Assembly (NCBI GenBank): GCA_020536535.1 | Contig: JAHLWZ010000625.1 | Span: forward strand, 1-64,000 | Reading direction: 5' to 3' | Source: Pelomyxa schiedti | Taxonomy: Eukaryota > Protista > Evosea | Length of the DNA: 64,000 nucleotides | Part shown: positions 48,375 through 62,041 of the stretch, one piece after another | Numbering within the stretch: position 1 is the stretch's first letter | Layout: every line of letters begins with the position of its first letter | Notes under the pieces: model-generated | Database searches by the model: none | What the model was told of the DNA's origin: nothing | The model's input: the letters and a program-made list of their open reading frames with translations, nothing else | Translations under genes and position numbers: made by a program

Positions 48375-51300
48375 ATGCAATCAAGACTTCGCTTTTTGTT
48401 AGCTTTATGCTGTGTAGTATTGGTGGCGATAGCTCCTGAGGTCTCAGGATCCAAGCAGTCACAATTCCCTGCTTTTGACATGTTGAAACTGACGCAGGGG
48501 AGTACTGCCTCTTTCTATCAAAATACTGCGAGGTTACTTGCGGACCACTTTGCCCAGACTGAGCAATTAAATACGAGATCTACACCGGCTGCTAGCAGCG
48601 GACCCAGCGCTGGATCCCGTAAGGAATGCCAGGCGGCTTTCGATCAGTGGTTCAATGGCTCGTACCCTGGCGGTTTGATGATGCTGCTATCGTCCGGCTT
48701 TCCGGGTAGCTACAGTGACTGTTCGGCTATCGATACTGCTCACTACTGCTCTGTCGAATACGTGGTAATTTTCCTTGGTTTTTGTTTTTTTCCGTACTTA
48801 CGATGTTTCGTAGCTGAATACGACAGCGTTGACTACCATCAACATTACTACCAACGCGTCGGCCCCAGCAATTAATATCACCAATTTTATATCCCAGCAG
48901 TTACTGGAGGAGTGGATAGCTGCACTGAAAACCATGTCAACTGGAGAGGAAGAAGACCTTCCTATGTATTTTTCCGCAAACCATTTTCACTACTGAGTTT
49001 TCTTGAAGCAAAGTATGGATATGTGCCCCAACAGCTTGTACTGCTGATGACCTTCTTGTGGAATTCCATAAATACCTAGGATTAATGTTCCTTCCTATCA
49101 ATTTTTTTTCATGTTAACCCGTTCTAGTTTGCAACTTTTTGGCATTGATGTGGATACCTTCACTGCCGGCAACAGAGGCGTTTGTACTGAGGATAGGATG
49201 AGACTGAGCGACTCAACTGGTGCCATTACAATGGTTGCTATACTTAGCTTTCTGGGTTTGGCGGCAATTGTTTGGTGTGACCTTGGATGCGTCTATCTGT
49301 CTTTAACCCTTTACAGTACTAGCTATGAGATCTACAAGGAGTACACACAAGAACCCCCAAACCCTGATAAGAAATTAGCGAGACCGTACGTTTCCCTCTT
49401 CTTTATTCAACTCTCAAGTGCATCTCAGGCCGAGAAAAAATAAAAAAGAACGTTGGTTTACATCATTTGGCCTTATATCAAATGCCGAATCTCTCTGTGT
49501 GGAAGATGAACCGGCATATCTCAGTTGGTTTAATTGCTTCCGTACTTGTTCAATGTGCTGGATTATGATGGTATTCCAGATTTCCAGTTCTTCTTTAACC
49601 AAACTTTAGGCCCATTTCTTCTTGTACCATCTTGAAGCTGCTATTCCGTCAAACCTTTTTTGGATTCTTAAAACTGTGCGTTCGCACTTTTCCATTTCTT
49701 GCGTTTCTTAAAGCTCTAAAGTGGTTTGCCCGATTCACAACAAACCTTATACTGAGTGCTGATCCCTCTATGGAAACGTTCTTTTTCATGGGTGGACTGC
49801 TTATGGCGAGGTCCTTATATAAAAAACTTAAGGATGGCTCTATGACAGCCAAGGAGTGGCTCCTCCATTTTGTACACAGGTTGACATATGATGTCCCTTT
49901 TTCAAATTACTGATATATGCAGATACATGAGACTCACACCGATTTATATGCTGATTTTATTCTCCCTACATTATCTGACACCCATCATGGTCCGGGTAGG
50001 TCAATTTCTTTGTAGGTTGAAATTCTAATTTTATTTTATTCAGGGTCCTTATGCTATGTGGATTCCAGAAGACCTTGACCACTGTGGTATACCCCTCCCA
50101 CATTTTTTTTCCTTGGTCCTAATTTGACTAAAAGGACAATACTGGTGGACAAATCTCCTGTAACTACTCTTTTTCTCACTTTTATGCGAAATTTTAACCT
50201 TGAATCCAGCTATATAAACAACTTTATTCCATATGTATGTTCTTTATGACTTCCGGTTATCTCTTCTGATTGGATTTTTAGAATGCATCTGCTGAATGCA
50301 TGGGACAAGCTTGGTTCCTTGCTGTGGATATGCAGGTTTAGCATTCTTCCACCCTTCAAAATATCTCATTCGAGCAGCTTTTCTTCTTTATTGGAACTCC
50401 ACTGGTGGTACTTTTGTGGTGGCAACCAATTGTGGGAATTGTAACTGCAATTTGCGTCATTATTGCTAGGTTTTAAGTTGGCAAAACCACCCTGAAACTA
50501 AACTTGCCTGTTTAGTTTTGGAGCAAACTTCGGTCTTGTCTGGGCTGAAGACCTGCCAGTTTGCAAGGGGAACATCAATTGGATTTTATTCTATGACGAC
50601 GACCACGTGGTACGTTGAAAGCACAGTATTCCATATGGTTTACTTCTTTCAAGAAACCTTGGATGCGAATGGGAGCCTATGCAATTGGCGTTCTGCTTGG
50701 GATTGGTCTGATTGAGAGTGAGAAATACAAAGAAAAAATCAACAAGTTTATGAACCAAGCATTGAGAATCGCTTTGTTCTTAATCACTGGAGGGACCATG
50801 CTTGCCATTATACTATCAACATACCCGCTGTACAAAGACGGGTACGGGTTTTTTTTTTCTGAAGTGTTACGACTAAAACAATGCACAGCCTATACGAATG
50901 TTGGACTAAGTGGAACAAATTCCAGAATGCTCTGTATGTTTCTTATCCAAGAAATGTGACACTTACTTTTTTCAAAGATATTGGGCTGCAACAAGACCAG
51001 TGTGGGCGTTATGCCTTGGAACATGGACATACCTATTTTGGCTTGATAGGACTGGCGTTTTGTGCCGTTTCCTGTCTGCATATGTATCCCTCAAAAAGAG
51101 TTTTCCGAAGAACTTAATCCATTTTCAGATCTGGGCCATTCCCAGCCGTTTAGTCTATTGTGTCTACTTGGTAATAGCGAACTTGGTAAACTTGCCTTTT
51201 TTCTTACTTCATTCAGTTCCATCCCGGCTTTATTATGGTTCTCGTTTTCAGCACCGTGGCTCCCTACACCTACAACGACCTTGATTTCACACAAGACTGG

Positions 51301-51468
51301 ACCGGACTTATTCTGATGGCTTTTGTACTAGGAGCGGTTTGGCACCTCTTCGGAGAAAAGCCATTTGGAAATGTGGAATCCCTGCTTACGTCGTATATCC
51401 CCGAATTAGACTGCTTAAAGAAGACAAAGATGCCCAGCGAAAAATCACCACTTATAAACCAGCCCTAA
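48375..51468 (+). CDS. NRF-6 / O-acyltransferase (Acyl_transf_3) family membrane protein
   Basis: Signal peptide, GSYSDC...HYC, METFFFMGGLL, HR|YMRLTP, C|GQYWWTNL|LYINNF, CMGQAWFLAVDMQ, KPWMRMGAYAIG, EKPF. Confidence 0.92.
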
Positions 51469-51552
51469 ACATTCACTGAACACCCCCACAAAAACAATAA
51501 ATTTGTAAGTTTCTACAACTACTCGTTACGACGAGTTTTATTCTTCCTACTT

Positions 51553-52507
51553 CTACTCAATGTTGTCAAAGACTTTGTGCCATTTTTCACGTGTTAATTC
51601 CGTCCCGTCGGCCGTGAGCTGGTCAACAACGGCACTTGCCTTTGCCATACGTGGCTCAATCAGGTCCTCACTCTGTCCAAGAGCATGCAAAACCTAGTGA
51701 AGGTTACGAAAAAAAAAAGTAGGGAAAAGTGTGAAAGGGGAAATGATAGGGGAAGTAGGGGGAAACCTTTTTGAGACCAATACTTATTTCTTCTGGGGCG
51801 AGGCAGCCGTTGTGGTTGGTATCTAAGAGGTCGAAAATGAGGTTCATGAGGGCTTCCTTTGTTGAGTTAGCTGGAAGGCCAAATGATATGAAAGCGGGGG
51901 CAAAAATGGAAACGCACATCATCGTCAGAATCTTCATCGATGAGAGATAACAGACTTGTCCAAAGACAGAATTCACCTGGGTTTTATTTAAGTGAGGAAA
52001 ACTCAAAACCAGACACAAAAACAAATAACCCCACAGAGCAAGACAAATAGGTCCACGTACTGAAGGATATTCCTCCACTGTCATTAGTGTCAACCAGTCG
52101 GAACAAAGATTCCCAGCTTTCCCTTCTTGCATCAACAATAGAATGTACCAACTTTGTATATGTTTAAGGACTCTAGGTTATTCCATTTTATTACATAAAT
52201 GCAAATAGTTATGAAACACAATGTAAGACTCACATCTTCGTTGACTTGCGCAAAAAGAGTCTCGAATTCTGCCCTGGACAATTCCACAGTAGGACCTCGT
52301 CCCTAAATTTTCAGAAAAAACACAATTAAAAAAAAGACCCAATGAGGCCGAAGTGGAACAGCAACAAAAACAAAAAACCGAAAAAAAGAAAAACCAGTTG
52401 CCTACGAGTTTTAAGAATTCCTGGTGGATTCGTTCCAACACCTCGGGCCTCATTTTAGTAGCACGCTCCAGTACCCTACGTGTCTCTGTATCCCCAGCCG
52501 CTGCCAT
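51553..52507 (-). CDS. EF-hand calcium-binding protein (NCS / calcineurin-B-like)
   Basis: EF loops VDTNDSGGISF and FDLLDTNHNGCLAPEEI; N-terminal LERATKM..EVLERIHQEF. Confidence 0.8.
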
Positions 52508-53408
52508 CTGTTCTTTCGGCAGGCAGTTTTTTTTTTTTTGTTGTTACTTCTCTTTTTCCACGTTTGGCTTTCGTCGAAGCCTCTGTGATGGGTCTCTGGT
52601 GGGACTTTGAGAAAAAAGAGCGAAATCAGCCACACTGTTGCGAATGACAGCGAATCGTCGTGTTGTTTTTGGGTTGGTGTTGTACGTTGCACTGGCCACA
52701 GACTTAAGCCTGTGTCAATGCATGGGTGATGAGTGTATTCAGGGGGTTGGCTCGTGTCAAAATCAGGACGCTGGTGAGTGCAGCGGGTTTTTGTTAATTT
52801 AAGTTATTTTGAGCTGATAAATACAAGAATTGTTGAGCTTCTTGGATCCCGTGCACTTTGCTGTCGAGGTTTTTCGTCGTTTTTCCTATGGTATTTGGAA
52901 CACTAGTTTTTAGATGCAACAAATTAACGCTCAATGTTACGGCAATATCGAGTGCACTCTGAGGGCAATTGACAAGTCGACACAAAACAGACTCACTCAG
53001 CCTTGTGTGATGTGCATTGCACAGGTTGATCCCGTTCTGCTTGAAGATATTGAGCTTACTTTAATTAGAATTGTGCTTGTGTTAATGCCCAGTGCGAGTC
53101 TGTTTGCAGTATTACGTGGTTTTCACCCTTCTGTTTCAAATGCAGGGCGGTATGGCATGCCTTTGAACAACCGTAAGTTCACTTATTTTTATGAAGGAAC
53201 ACTGCCAAAAAGAATTGTTGGAGTGCAGTGGTTTGGATGCAAATTCCTTCCCACACTTAATAAAAGGCTCAAGACCAAAACAAGAAGATGTATGCAATTG
53301 GTAGGCAATTACAATGGTTGTCACTATACTGTGAAATAGAAGGGTTTATTTTTTGTTACCCATGTTCACAAACAAATAATTTTGCTTCTTATTTTTGTCT
53401 TTGGGTGT

Positions 53409-54423
53409 CTACGGTATGATCCCGAGGAACCAAAGAAGAACGAGAATCAGAATAAGAACGATAAGCTGTTTGTGTTAAGTTGAAAGTAGAAGAGAACTAT
53501 GTAAGAAGGTACCAAGCTGCAACCAACAGAGATGAGGGTCCATTTTGCGTTTCGGCGGCACATTTTTCTCTTAAGTGCAGTACTTTTCCCATGATAGGTG
53601 TGAGCATTTGTGTTCAGCTTTTCAGTGACTTCCACGAGAGTTTCTATTTTCTCCTGTCTTTCAAGTACTTTGTCTGTTCACTTATTAACTTTTTCTGTGG
53701 GAGCTGCAAAAAATTACCAATGTTCTTGGTCACAATTTGTTTTACATTCTCAACTTCAGTCCTAGCTGCTGTTAGTTTGTCAGCTTCGTGAGCACGATTG
53801 GTAAAGAAATCCTAAGATTGATTAGCTCCGAGTGCTGGGATGAGTGGTACCATTTTGTCATGGAGAACCCTAATAAATCCCTCAAATTGGCGGGGAACAA
53901 GAGTTGCTTCGTTGATTTGAGTGTTGTATGTCCCAAAAAATCTGATAAGCAAGCCTGGTTGAAAAAGAAATAGTGGGAAAGGATAAGTACTGATTTTGGA
54001 TGTCCTCCAAGAACAAGAAAGGAAGTCGATAACCTTTTGGAATTAGACTACAATTCAATTTAGTCCAATAAAATACCATACTCAGCATCCGCAAGGACAA
54101 GGAATACGACTCCTTTGCTTACAACGTAATGGAAGATAAACCTATCCCTCCATTTAGACAGCAAAAAGAAAATAGGAAACATACGCTTGATGAGTCAAAG
54201 ATTTACGTGTGTCACCAGGTGGTAAATGCGAAAGAATGTGCTGTACGACCTCTTTATAAGATCCCGTCTTCATGGAGTCCTCGGCCAAAATAATACCATT
54301 CTTCGCCACTACACTGTAGATCATAGATCCCTTAACGATAGCGCCACCACTTGGGCTCGTAGGTGTCGCTCTTGCGGGTGGCGGAGACGTTGCCGGTGCC
54401 GCTGGTGGTGCCGCTGCTGCCAT
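53409..54423 (-). CDS. VAMP7: Longin R-SNARE (VAMP7-like)
   Basis: MIYSVVAKNGIILAE, FIFHY, RLPFLFLEDIQ, EVENVKQIVTKNI...LERQEKIETLVEVTEKL...LKRKM, C-terminal TM. Confidence 0.88.
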
Positions 54424-54794
54424 CGTCAAAGGTCTATTTGTTTAGTTATTTGTTCTGTGATTTGCAGCAATTCTGTGATTTCGTGTTAAGATTTTAACCG
54501 AGGCTACAAGAGGCATTTCTATAACCAGCAACCAGCCCCGGGCTGTATTTTCTCTGGGTTCCACACCGATTTTCTAACCTGAAACTGCCAGACCAAGAGG
54601 GGGACAGGTGATAACAGAAGAAGTACAATTCAACGAAGTGCAAGGCAAATCAGTTGAAATCAGGGCCCGCCGATGAATTGTTCAAGTGCAATTGTGCCTT
54701 CTTCGGCCTTTATAAAGACCCCCTCGAAAAACCAGAAACACCAAAAAAACCCAAGCACCAAACAACAGTTACTTAGTGACTACAACAGCACTAA

Positions 54795-57241
54795 ATGGAG
54801 CGCATATTCAACCCCCAGAGCATCGCGATCATTGGCGCTTCATCCAAGCCCAACAGCATTGGAAACCTCGTTGTACAAAACCTCATCGACAGCAAGTACG
54901 CCGGAAAGATGTTCCCCATCAACCCCACTGCCCCCGACGTAAGTATTTTTTTTTCACACACAAATCAATTTTCGTTTCCACAATTCCGTGTTTTCCGGAA
55001 AAACCTGGTTTCGTTTTCTGTCTTGACAATCAAAACAGATCAATGGCATTAAGGCGTACCGCACAATTGGCGACGTGCCCCTTGACGAGATCGACCTCGC
55101 GGTCTACACCGTCCCGGCCAAGTTCGTCGTCTCGTGCGCCAAGGAGGCGGCGGCCAAGCGCGTCAAGGGCCACGTGGTGATCACGTCCGGCTTCAGCGAG
55201 GTCGGCAACACGGCGGAGGAGGAGGAGATGGTGCGCATCGCCCGCGCCACCGGCGGCCGCGTCGTCGGGCCCAACATCGTCGGCCTGCTGCTCAACAGCT
55301 GCAACGCCAACGCGTCCTTCGCCCCGTACCTGCCGTACCGCGGCGCCACGGCCCTCGTCTCGCAGTCGGGCGCGCTACTCATCGCGCTCGACGGCACCAC
55401 GTTCCTCAGGCACTTTGGGTGCAGCTCCATGGTCTCGCTGGGAAACATGGCCGACGTCGACTTCGCCGATACCATAAGCTACTTGTCGAGCGACCCGACG
55501 ACGCAGTGCATCGCGCTGTACATCGAGGGCGTGAAGAACGGCAGGGCGTTTATTGAGGCCGGAAGGAACTGCACAAAGCCAATTGTGGCACTCAAGAGCG
55601 GAGTCTCTGCTCACGGAGCTGCGGCCGCTGCTTCTCACACTGGGTCTCTGGCCGGTGCCGTCAAGATTTACGACGCTGCTTTCAATCAGGTTTTTTCCCC
55701 CCTCTTTTTTTTTTTCCCCCCGAATTCAGTACGGAGATGCATGGTGATTTACATAAAATAATGCGGTCTAAATATATTATTTTACTGATTGTGGTTTGTT
55801 AGGCAAAAATCGTAAGAGCAATGGACTTGGAGGAACTACTTGTCGCATCTCAGGCTCTTTCTATGCAGCCACCCATGCATGGAGATAACATACTTGTTAT
55901 CACCAACGGCGGAGGCATTGGTGTTTTATCGGCTGATGCTGCTGAGTTCTGTGGCATTCCCCTCAAGTCTGCACCAAAGGACTTGCAGGTATTCATTACT
56001 TCACTGGTACTTCTTGTTTTAACATCACGTCTTCCAGGACTTGTTGTACAAGTGTATGCCCAGCTTTGGCTCACCCAAGAACCCCGTTGATATCACTGGT
56101 GGTTCTGGTGCTAAGGGCTACGAAGACACAATCACCATTGCCTTGCAGCACGAGTGGGTTCACGGTATCGCTGTTCTGTATTGTGAGACCAGTGTCACGA
56201 ACCCAATGGCAATTTCGGAGTCTATTGAGCGTGCATACAAGGCCTCTCCCATCAAGAAGCCCTTGGTTTGCTGCTACGTCGGTGGTCAGCTCAGTGTTGA
56301 TGCCAGCTACTACCTGATGGATAAGGCTATTCCAGTTTATGCTGACCCCAAGAGCACAATGTCCGCACTGTCTGCCCTCCACAAATATGGACAGTTCCAG
56401 AGCCGACCATACACACCTTTTACTCCATTCCCTGATACCATGACCTCTAAGGAAAGAGCAATGGCCATCATCTCTGGTGCCCGTGCACAGGGAAGAGACT
56501 TGCTTACTGAGCCAGAGTCTAAGGCTGTCTTTGTTGCCTACAACTTGCCTGTTCCCAAGTTCCTGGTTGCTACCTCTGAGGATGACGCTGTCGCCAAGGC
56601 CAATCAAATTGGTTACCCCGTTGTGATGAAGATTGTCTCCCCTCAGGTATAAATTCCCAAAGAATGCATATTCCCACAAACCCTAATTGCTTTGACAGAT
56701 TATCCACAAATCCGATGCCGGAGGTGTAAAGGTCAACGTTCGCGACGACGCCACTGTTCGCCTCTGGTACAACAAGATAAGAGAGAACGCCCTTGCATAC
56801 AACTCGCACGCCGATATCCACGGAATCATAGTATGCAGCATGGCCGACTGGGGAAAGGAAGTCATCGTCGGTTCAGTGAACGACTCCACATTCGGACCCA
56901 CAGTCATGTTTGGAATGGGAGGAATATTCGTCGAGGTGCTCAAGGACGTCACATTCCGCGTTGCTCCCTTCACCGTTGAAGAGGCCCGAGTGATGCTTCC
57001 CGAGATAAAGTGCTACCCAATGCTGAGCGGAGCCCGCGGAGAGAAGCCAAGAGACGTGGAGGCTCTGGCGGTTGCAGTTTCTCGCATATCCCAGATGGTT
57101 CACGACCTCGGCAGTGAGGTTTCTGAGGTTGATGCAAACCCAATCATGGTGTACGAACAGGGCCAGGGCATATTCGTCGTCGACGGCAGAATCATCCTCA
57201 AGTCCACCAAGCCTGTTGCTAAGCCCACTCACGGACACTAA
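54795..57241 (+). CDS. acs: Acetate--CoA ligase (ADP-forming acetyl-CoA synthetase), fused alpha/beta type
   Basis: IFNPQSIAIIGAS, VITSGFSEVG, RVVGPN, VSQSGA, SLGNMADV, AASHTGSLAG (phospho-His), TNGGGIGV, NPVDITG, GYPVVMKIVSPQ|IIHKSDAGGV, FGPTVMFGMGGIFVE, EVDANP. Confidence 0.97.
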
Positions 57242-57293
57242 AAAAACTGCTGTGTTTTCTTCATCTGGTAACAAAAAAAAAAAAAAATACGAA

Positions 57294-58223
57294 ATGGGTA
57301 GTGCCCACAAAGAAGCGGACGTTTCTGATGATAGTAATGACGAAGTTCTAGTGGTTGTTACGTTTTTGGCAGGATGGCACGTAAGGTGTGGTGCAGGGAG
57401 TGTCATGTCGACGTTGGGAGCGCCCCATTGGGTGGGGAGGGAAATTGTGGAGTTCTTGATTGGTAGCTAGTGTGTAATTTTTATTGCGTTGGCACTCGTG
57501 GCCATCGGTCTCATCCTCTTGTTTGAATAGCAGGTGTGGTGGCACACTATTCACTGGGAATGGGAAAGTGGAGGACAATTGGCGCTATTTCCACTCAGGG
57601 GGATACAATTTCTTGGATACTACCTGTTGGGTGTGGAAACAGCGTTCTAGGGAGGATTGCTTGGTTGGAACCTTCTCTTCAGACAGTGGCACGCTTTACA
57701 GGGCGAGTCTCTTGGGGTTTTCAAGTGTCAGTCTTACCTCGCTATGGGTGCCAGGTCTTCAGTAATTACCATACCTGGTTTTCATTCATTACAGGAAGGA
57801 TTTGGGGCGAGTTCGAGTTTGATTGGACTTGACCTAGAAAATACCGTTAACCTTGGCGGGGGCTACTTTCCCGTAACATGGCCAACTCTTTGTAAAGAAA
57901 GGGGAGCAAAGTCATTTGGTGTCTCTCTTACAGGATCAATAGAAAACCGCGTGCTAGGTAACCGGGTAGATACCCCGGGCTCTACACCCCCCAAATCCAT
58001 GAATGCCAAGCAGGATGACCTGTTTTCATTTTTCCTCCACTTTGCACCTGACCAACAGCATGCAACTGTGCACGTGTTTCTCAACTCAGAGCCACTCTTC
58101 ACACTGCAAGATGTTGACACATCGCTACCACTCTACCCTACTGTCAACATCTGCTGTGCACAGACATCTCACAACTTTGTGAGGAATCCACCAGTCCCTC
58201 CTTCTCTCAGAGGGCAATGGTAA
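57294..58223 (+). CDS. Orphan family protein (HVRCG motif) with a SPRY-like C-terminus
   Basis: TFLAGWHVRCGAGSVMSTL; the C-terminus FLNSEPLFTLQDVDTSLPLYPTVNI resembles SPRY termini. Confidence 0.6.
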
Positions 58224-58357
58224 CTTCATTTCACCAAAACCGGCTTTTTCGAGTTTTCTCTGTTTCCGCGATTCTTCCGCAAATCAACACCAGCAAGGAG
58301 ACCACCATTAGAAGAAACCCCAACGCCTAATTAAAAAAGTAAAACTTCGAGGAGTAA

Positions 58358-61300
58358 ATGGGAGGAGATACCTACGAGCCACCCCCGGATCCTTTTGTTC
58401 TAACAGAGGAGCAAAAAACGGTGAGCGCAAAGTGTTGTAACCAATGATAGTATTAAAATGTGAGTAGGAATTGCTTGCTGCCACCAAGATCGCAGGCTGT
58501 CATGCCGATTTGCTCCCGCATCGTATGATGCCTTGCAATCATAAAAACCCGGTAGTAATTGGTGTGTACCAAAACGACTGTGATCGCCACCTAACTTGGA
58601 ACAAAAAAACAAACAGGACTGGACGTTACTGGCTCCCAGCAACGAGTTTACGCGTAAGTTGCCTTTCGTTCACCTTCATCGTTTACTTACTTGTTGCAGA
58701 TATATCCTTGGTAAATGCAACGTTATTCAAAAAAAAAAATAAGAACGTACTGTTTACAAGCAAATAAACTAACTCTGACACTGTGTCATCGGAATAGCGC
58801 GCCTACCAGAGATTGGTAAAAATACATTAATTGGTTTCTAGAGTGTGCTCACTATCTATCAGTTCATTCAATATTCAGAACCCTGGATGACTGTGCCATC
58901 AGCCTTGCTTTCATTGGGGATGCAAGTGTTGACCCAAGAGCGCCTCTTCAGGGTCAGTGTTAGCACATAAAACATTTTAAATAACAGTAATTTTAGTCAC
59001 GCCATTTTGCACAACTTTGGAAGAACTGCAGAGCTTTGTTTTAAAGTTATCACTTGAACAAAACTCAGCACTTGTTTACCGTAAGTTTCCATTTTACATA
59101 GCAAATTTCTAACTTCTCTTTTCTATTTGACAGCTGCGAGACCTGGCGGAAATAACGGCGTAGAAAGCTATGATCTGTGTGCGCTGCACTATGCACTGAG
59201 ATCCCAGCTAAGTCACAAAGGCTTATTCATCATTGTAGGGGATGAACTTATTCCTGACAGGACAGAAGAATACAGTATCTCACGAGGTAAGTTTATGTAC
59301 TAGAAAAAATTCTTTCCGCTAAATCCCCTAGTTCTCGATCTACGTGGTGAAACATCAAAAATTCCACCTCAAATTTTTAAGAGTCTCAAGCGGTTCTATC
59401 ATCCCATTTTCATCCACTCTGATTATGGGTATCCCGTGCACTCCGTTGTTCATTGTTACTATGAAAATGACACCGTCTCAAGAAAGTATCAGCAGTACGT
59501 TATTTTTTCTATCATTTACTCTTTTGTAAGGTACTATACAAACGTTGAAGCCCAATGGCAATCCCTTGTTGGACCAGAGTGTGTAACTCAAGCCAATACA
59601 CCACATGAAGTTCTCCTGCAAATCATTTCAGCAGTAGAGAGTTGGTCTAGACGTAAAGCAGCTGGGATTGCGGATGTAATTGAAACCCCGCAACAAAGTC
59701 GCATCTCCAAAATGCCAGAATCTACTTCTTCAGGAAAAAGCAGCCGTGTTGAGTGGATACCACTTGTATCACGAGCGGTTTGGATTGTCTTGAAGAGAGA
59801 GTTTTCTGTGGAACTATCCGCCAAGAGGTGGGCACATAGCGATAGTTCAGCTGATGAAAGTGATTTAGTTCTCGTATCTGCCGGGGAAGCAGTCTTTCCC
59901 CTTCGCGCTTGTGTCGGAAAACTTTTGGTTTGGTTCTTCTCTTCATTCTCCCAGTATCTCAACACAGAACAAAGAAATCCCTGTGTGGAGTTACCCTTTA
60001 TATATTAAAGTGCTGCGTTATAAAAGATGCGCCACGGCTGGCACAGTGGTACTGTGACTACTATGGAGTGACGAAGTCAAAGGATCCTTTTTATTCCTTG
60101 ATCAATACACCCAAAAGGAACAGTTTGCCATATTACACTTTGTTTGCAATTCTTGGGAATGCAGATACTCCAAGCAAAGTTGAACTTGTGGATTGGATTG
60201 TAAAATACTTCCAAATTCCCTTACCTTTGCTCTCTTGTACTATTCAAAAGTGCATGAAATTGGCTTCTTCAAGCAAATCTTATGACCTTTTGATGGCGCA
60301 TTTCAGCCCCACTCTTCGCTCCGAGTACAGGAAGGCTGAAAGGCAATCGGAGTTTGTGAGTCTTTCTGCGCTGACTGATTGTCTTGAGACTAAGACGTTG
60401 AATGGCAGAGAGATAGAAATTTTCACTGAGCTGTTTGACGTTTTTCCGATGGCAGAGTTTGAGAAGACCAACTACATCCTTCCAGAAACCCGCAAACACG
60501 ACACAGCAGACTTCCTGGAGTGGATTTTGCCGCAAACCAAACTTACAGAAGAAAAGGCACGTGAAATAATTCGGTATATGGAATGCAACCGATCCGTGGA
60601 GTTACTGCTCCCTTATGCTCACCTCGAGGCTAGCCCACCTACCCTGAACACGCTATTAGAAAATCTGATAAAACGTGATCAGATAGAGTTTGCAAAAAAC
60701 CTCTGGATATCATGCGGCTCACCACCCGTGCCATCAAGCCTGCTTAACGGTCACGATTACTCCCTGATTCGGCAAACTGTTGAAGCTTTTCCACCTCTTG
60801 TTCCATTCATGGCGTCGCATGCTCGTTACATTGCTGTCGATCTCTGGCTGCATCAAAAACCTGGATTCAGGGACACCCTCAAGTGGTTGTTGGACCAGGT
60901 TTCCATCCCATCAGATTTGCGCTACGACGTCATGCAGTCCTTGGCAGCGTATACCGGATCTGTAGAGGGTTTGGAGTGGGCCTTCAATACAGTTGGTCCT
61001 GAGCTCAGGACAGCTAATGTGGAGTCTGACAATGCTGCTATGATCAAGGCAATATTCCATTACGTTATGAGATATAGTTGGAATCACAAACAAGAAGTGT
61101 CAGTGCTGAATTGGCTAGAGAGTAAAGTCGGAAAGATTCCACAGGAAGCAACAACCTCATACCTAGCCACCTATATTCATTCTGCTATGGGAGGTAGGCG
61201 ACTTGATCTTTTGAACTGGATTTTTGGCCGCTTTGAAGTCGCAGTGAAAGATATCACTGACCGCATACAGCCCCTTTTGGACACATGCTGTGACATATGT

Positions 61301-61809
61301 GTCGGTACAGTGGAAGGAACTCAATGGATGATAGACCACTTCCCTGATAGAGACATCCTGCTGAAGGTTATTCAAATTCCATTTACCAATTTCGATGCCA
61401 CCTCTAAAATACAACAAAAAGATGCTTGTCTCAGCACTTGGCAAAAAAGTCAACAGAGTGACCTACGAACTAATTAAATCACACATGTCACCACCACCAA
61501 CGTTGGAAGAACGGAGGTCCAAACGGTGCTCTTGGGACCCTCCATATTTCTATTATGGGCTCAGCAGTATCCCCCACATCAAGTGGCTAGTAGAGGAGTG
61601 CGCAATCACGAGGGGAGATCTGGTGGAAGGCAAACTTCTAACTGTTATGGACCCATCATATGTAGTGTTTCTTCACCACTAGTTACACCACTAACAAGCT
61701 TTTCTTATAGGAGGATTACACAGCTGTACTGCTGAAGAACATTGCCGAAACAAACCCATTGGCTGCCCAGTGGTTCTATGATAAATTTGGCATAGCGTTC
61801 CCGTTTTAA
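58358..61809 (+). CDS. vWA domain + ankyrin-like repeat protein, multi-exon
   Basis: PVVI|GLDVTGS (MIDAS DxTGS), AFIGDA..D..APLQ|V, GGNNGVESYDL, KGLFIIVGDE, then the family motif VSRAVW...GEAVFPL and helical repeats (GSVEGLEW, RRLDLLNWI). Confidence 0.72.
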
Positions 61810-62041
61810 TGCATAAAAATATTCCAATCCCTAGTCGTTCTGCCTTCATTTGTTTTCTTTTTCGTCTTTCCAGACTTAGATGGGGTGCCTACGTTGGCAC
61901 GACGTCGGCCAAACAAAAAAAAGGAAAAAGAAAAAATTGATCCGAGAAGGAAGGAAAAAATCTGGGCAGTATTTCCCTGCTGTTCTGTCTCCATCGAAGA
62001 GAAAGCATAAATACTGATAAATAATCACCTACGTACACGAC

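Noticed and set aside
52700-53340. 141-aa ORF 52914-53339
   Set aside because: No motifs or splice support, so it is left unannotated.
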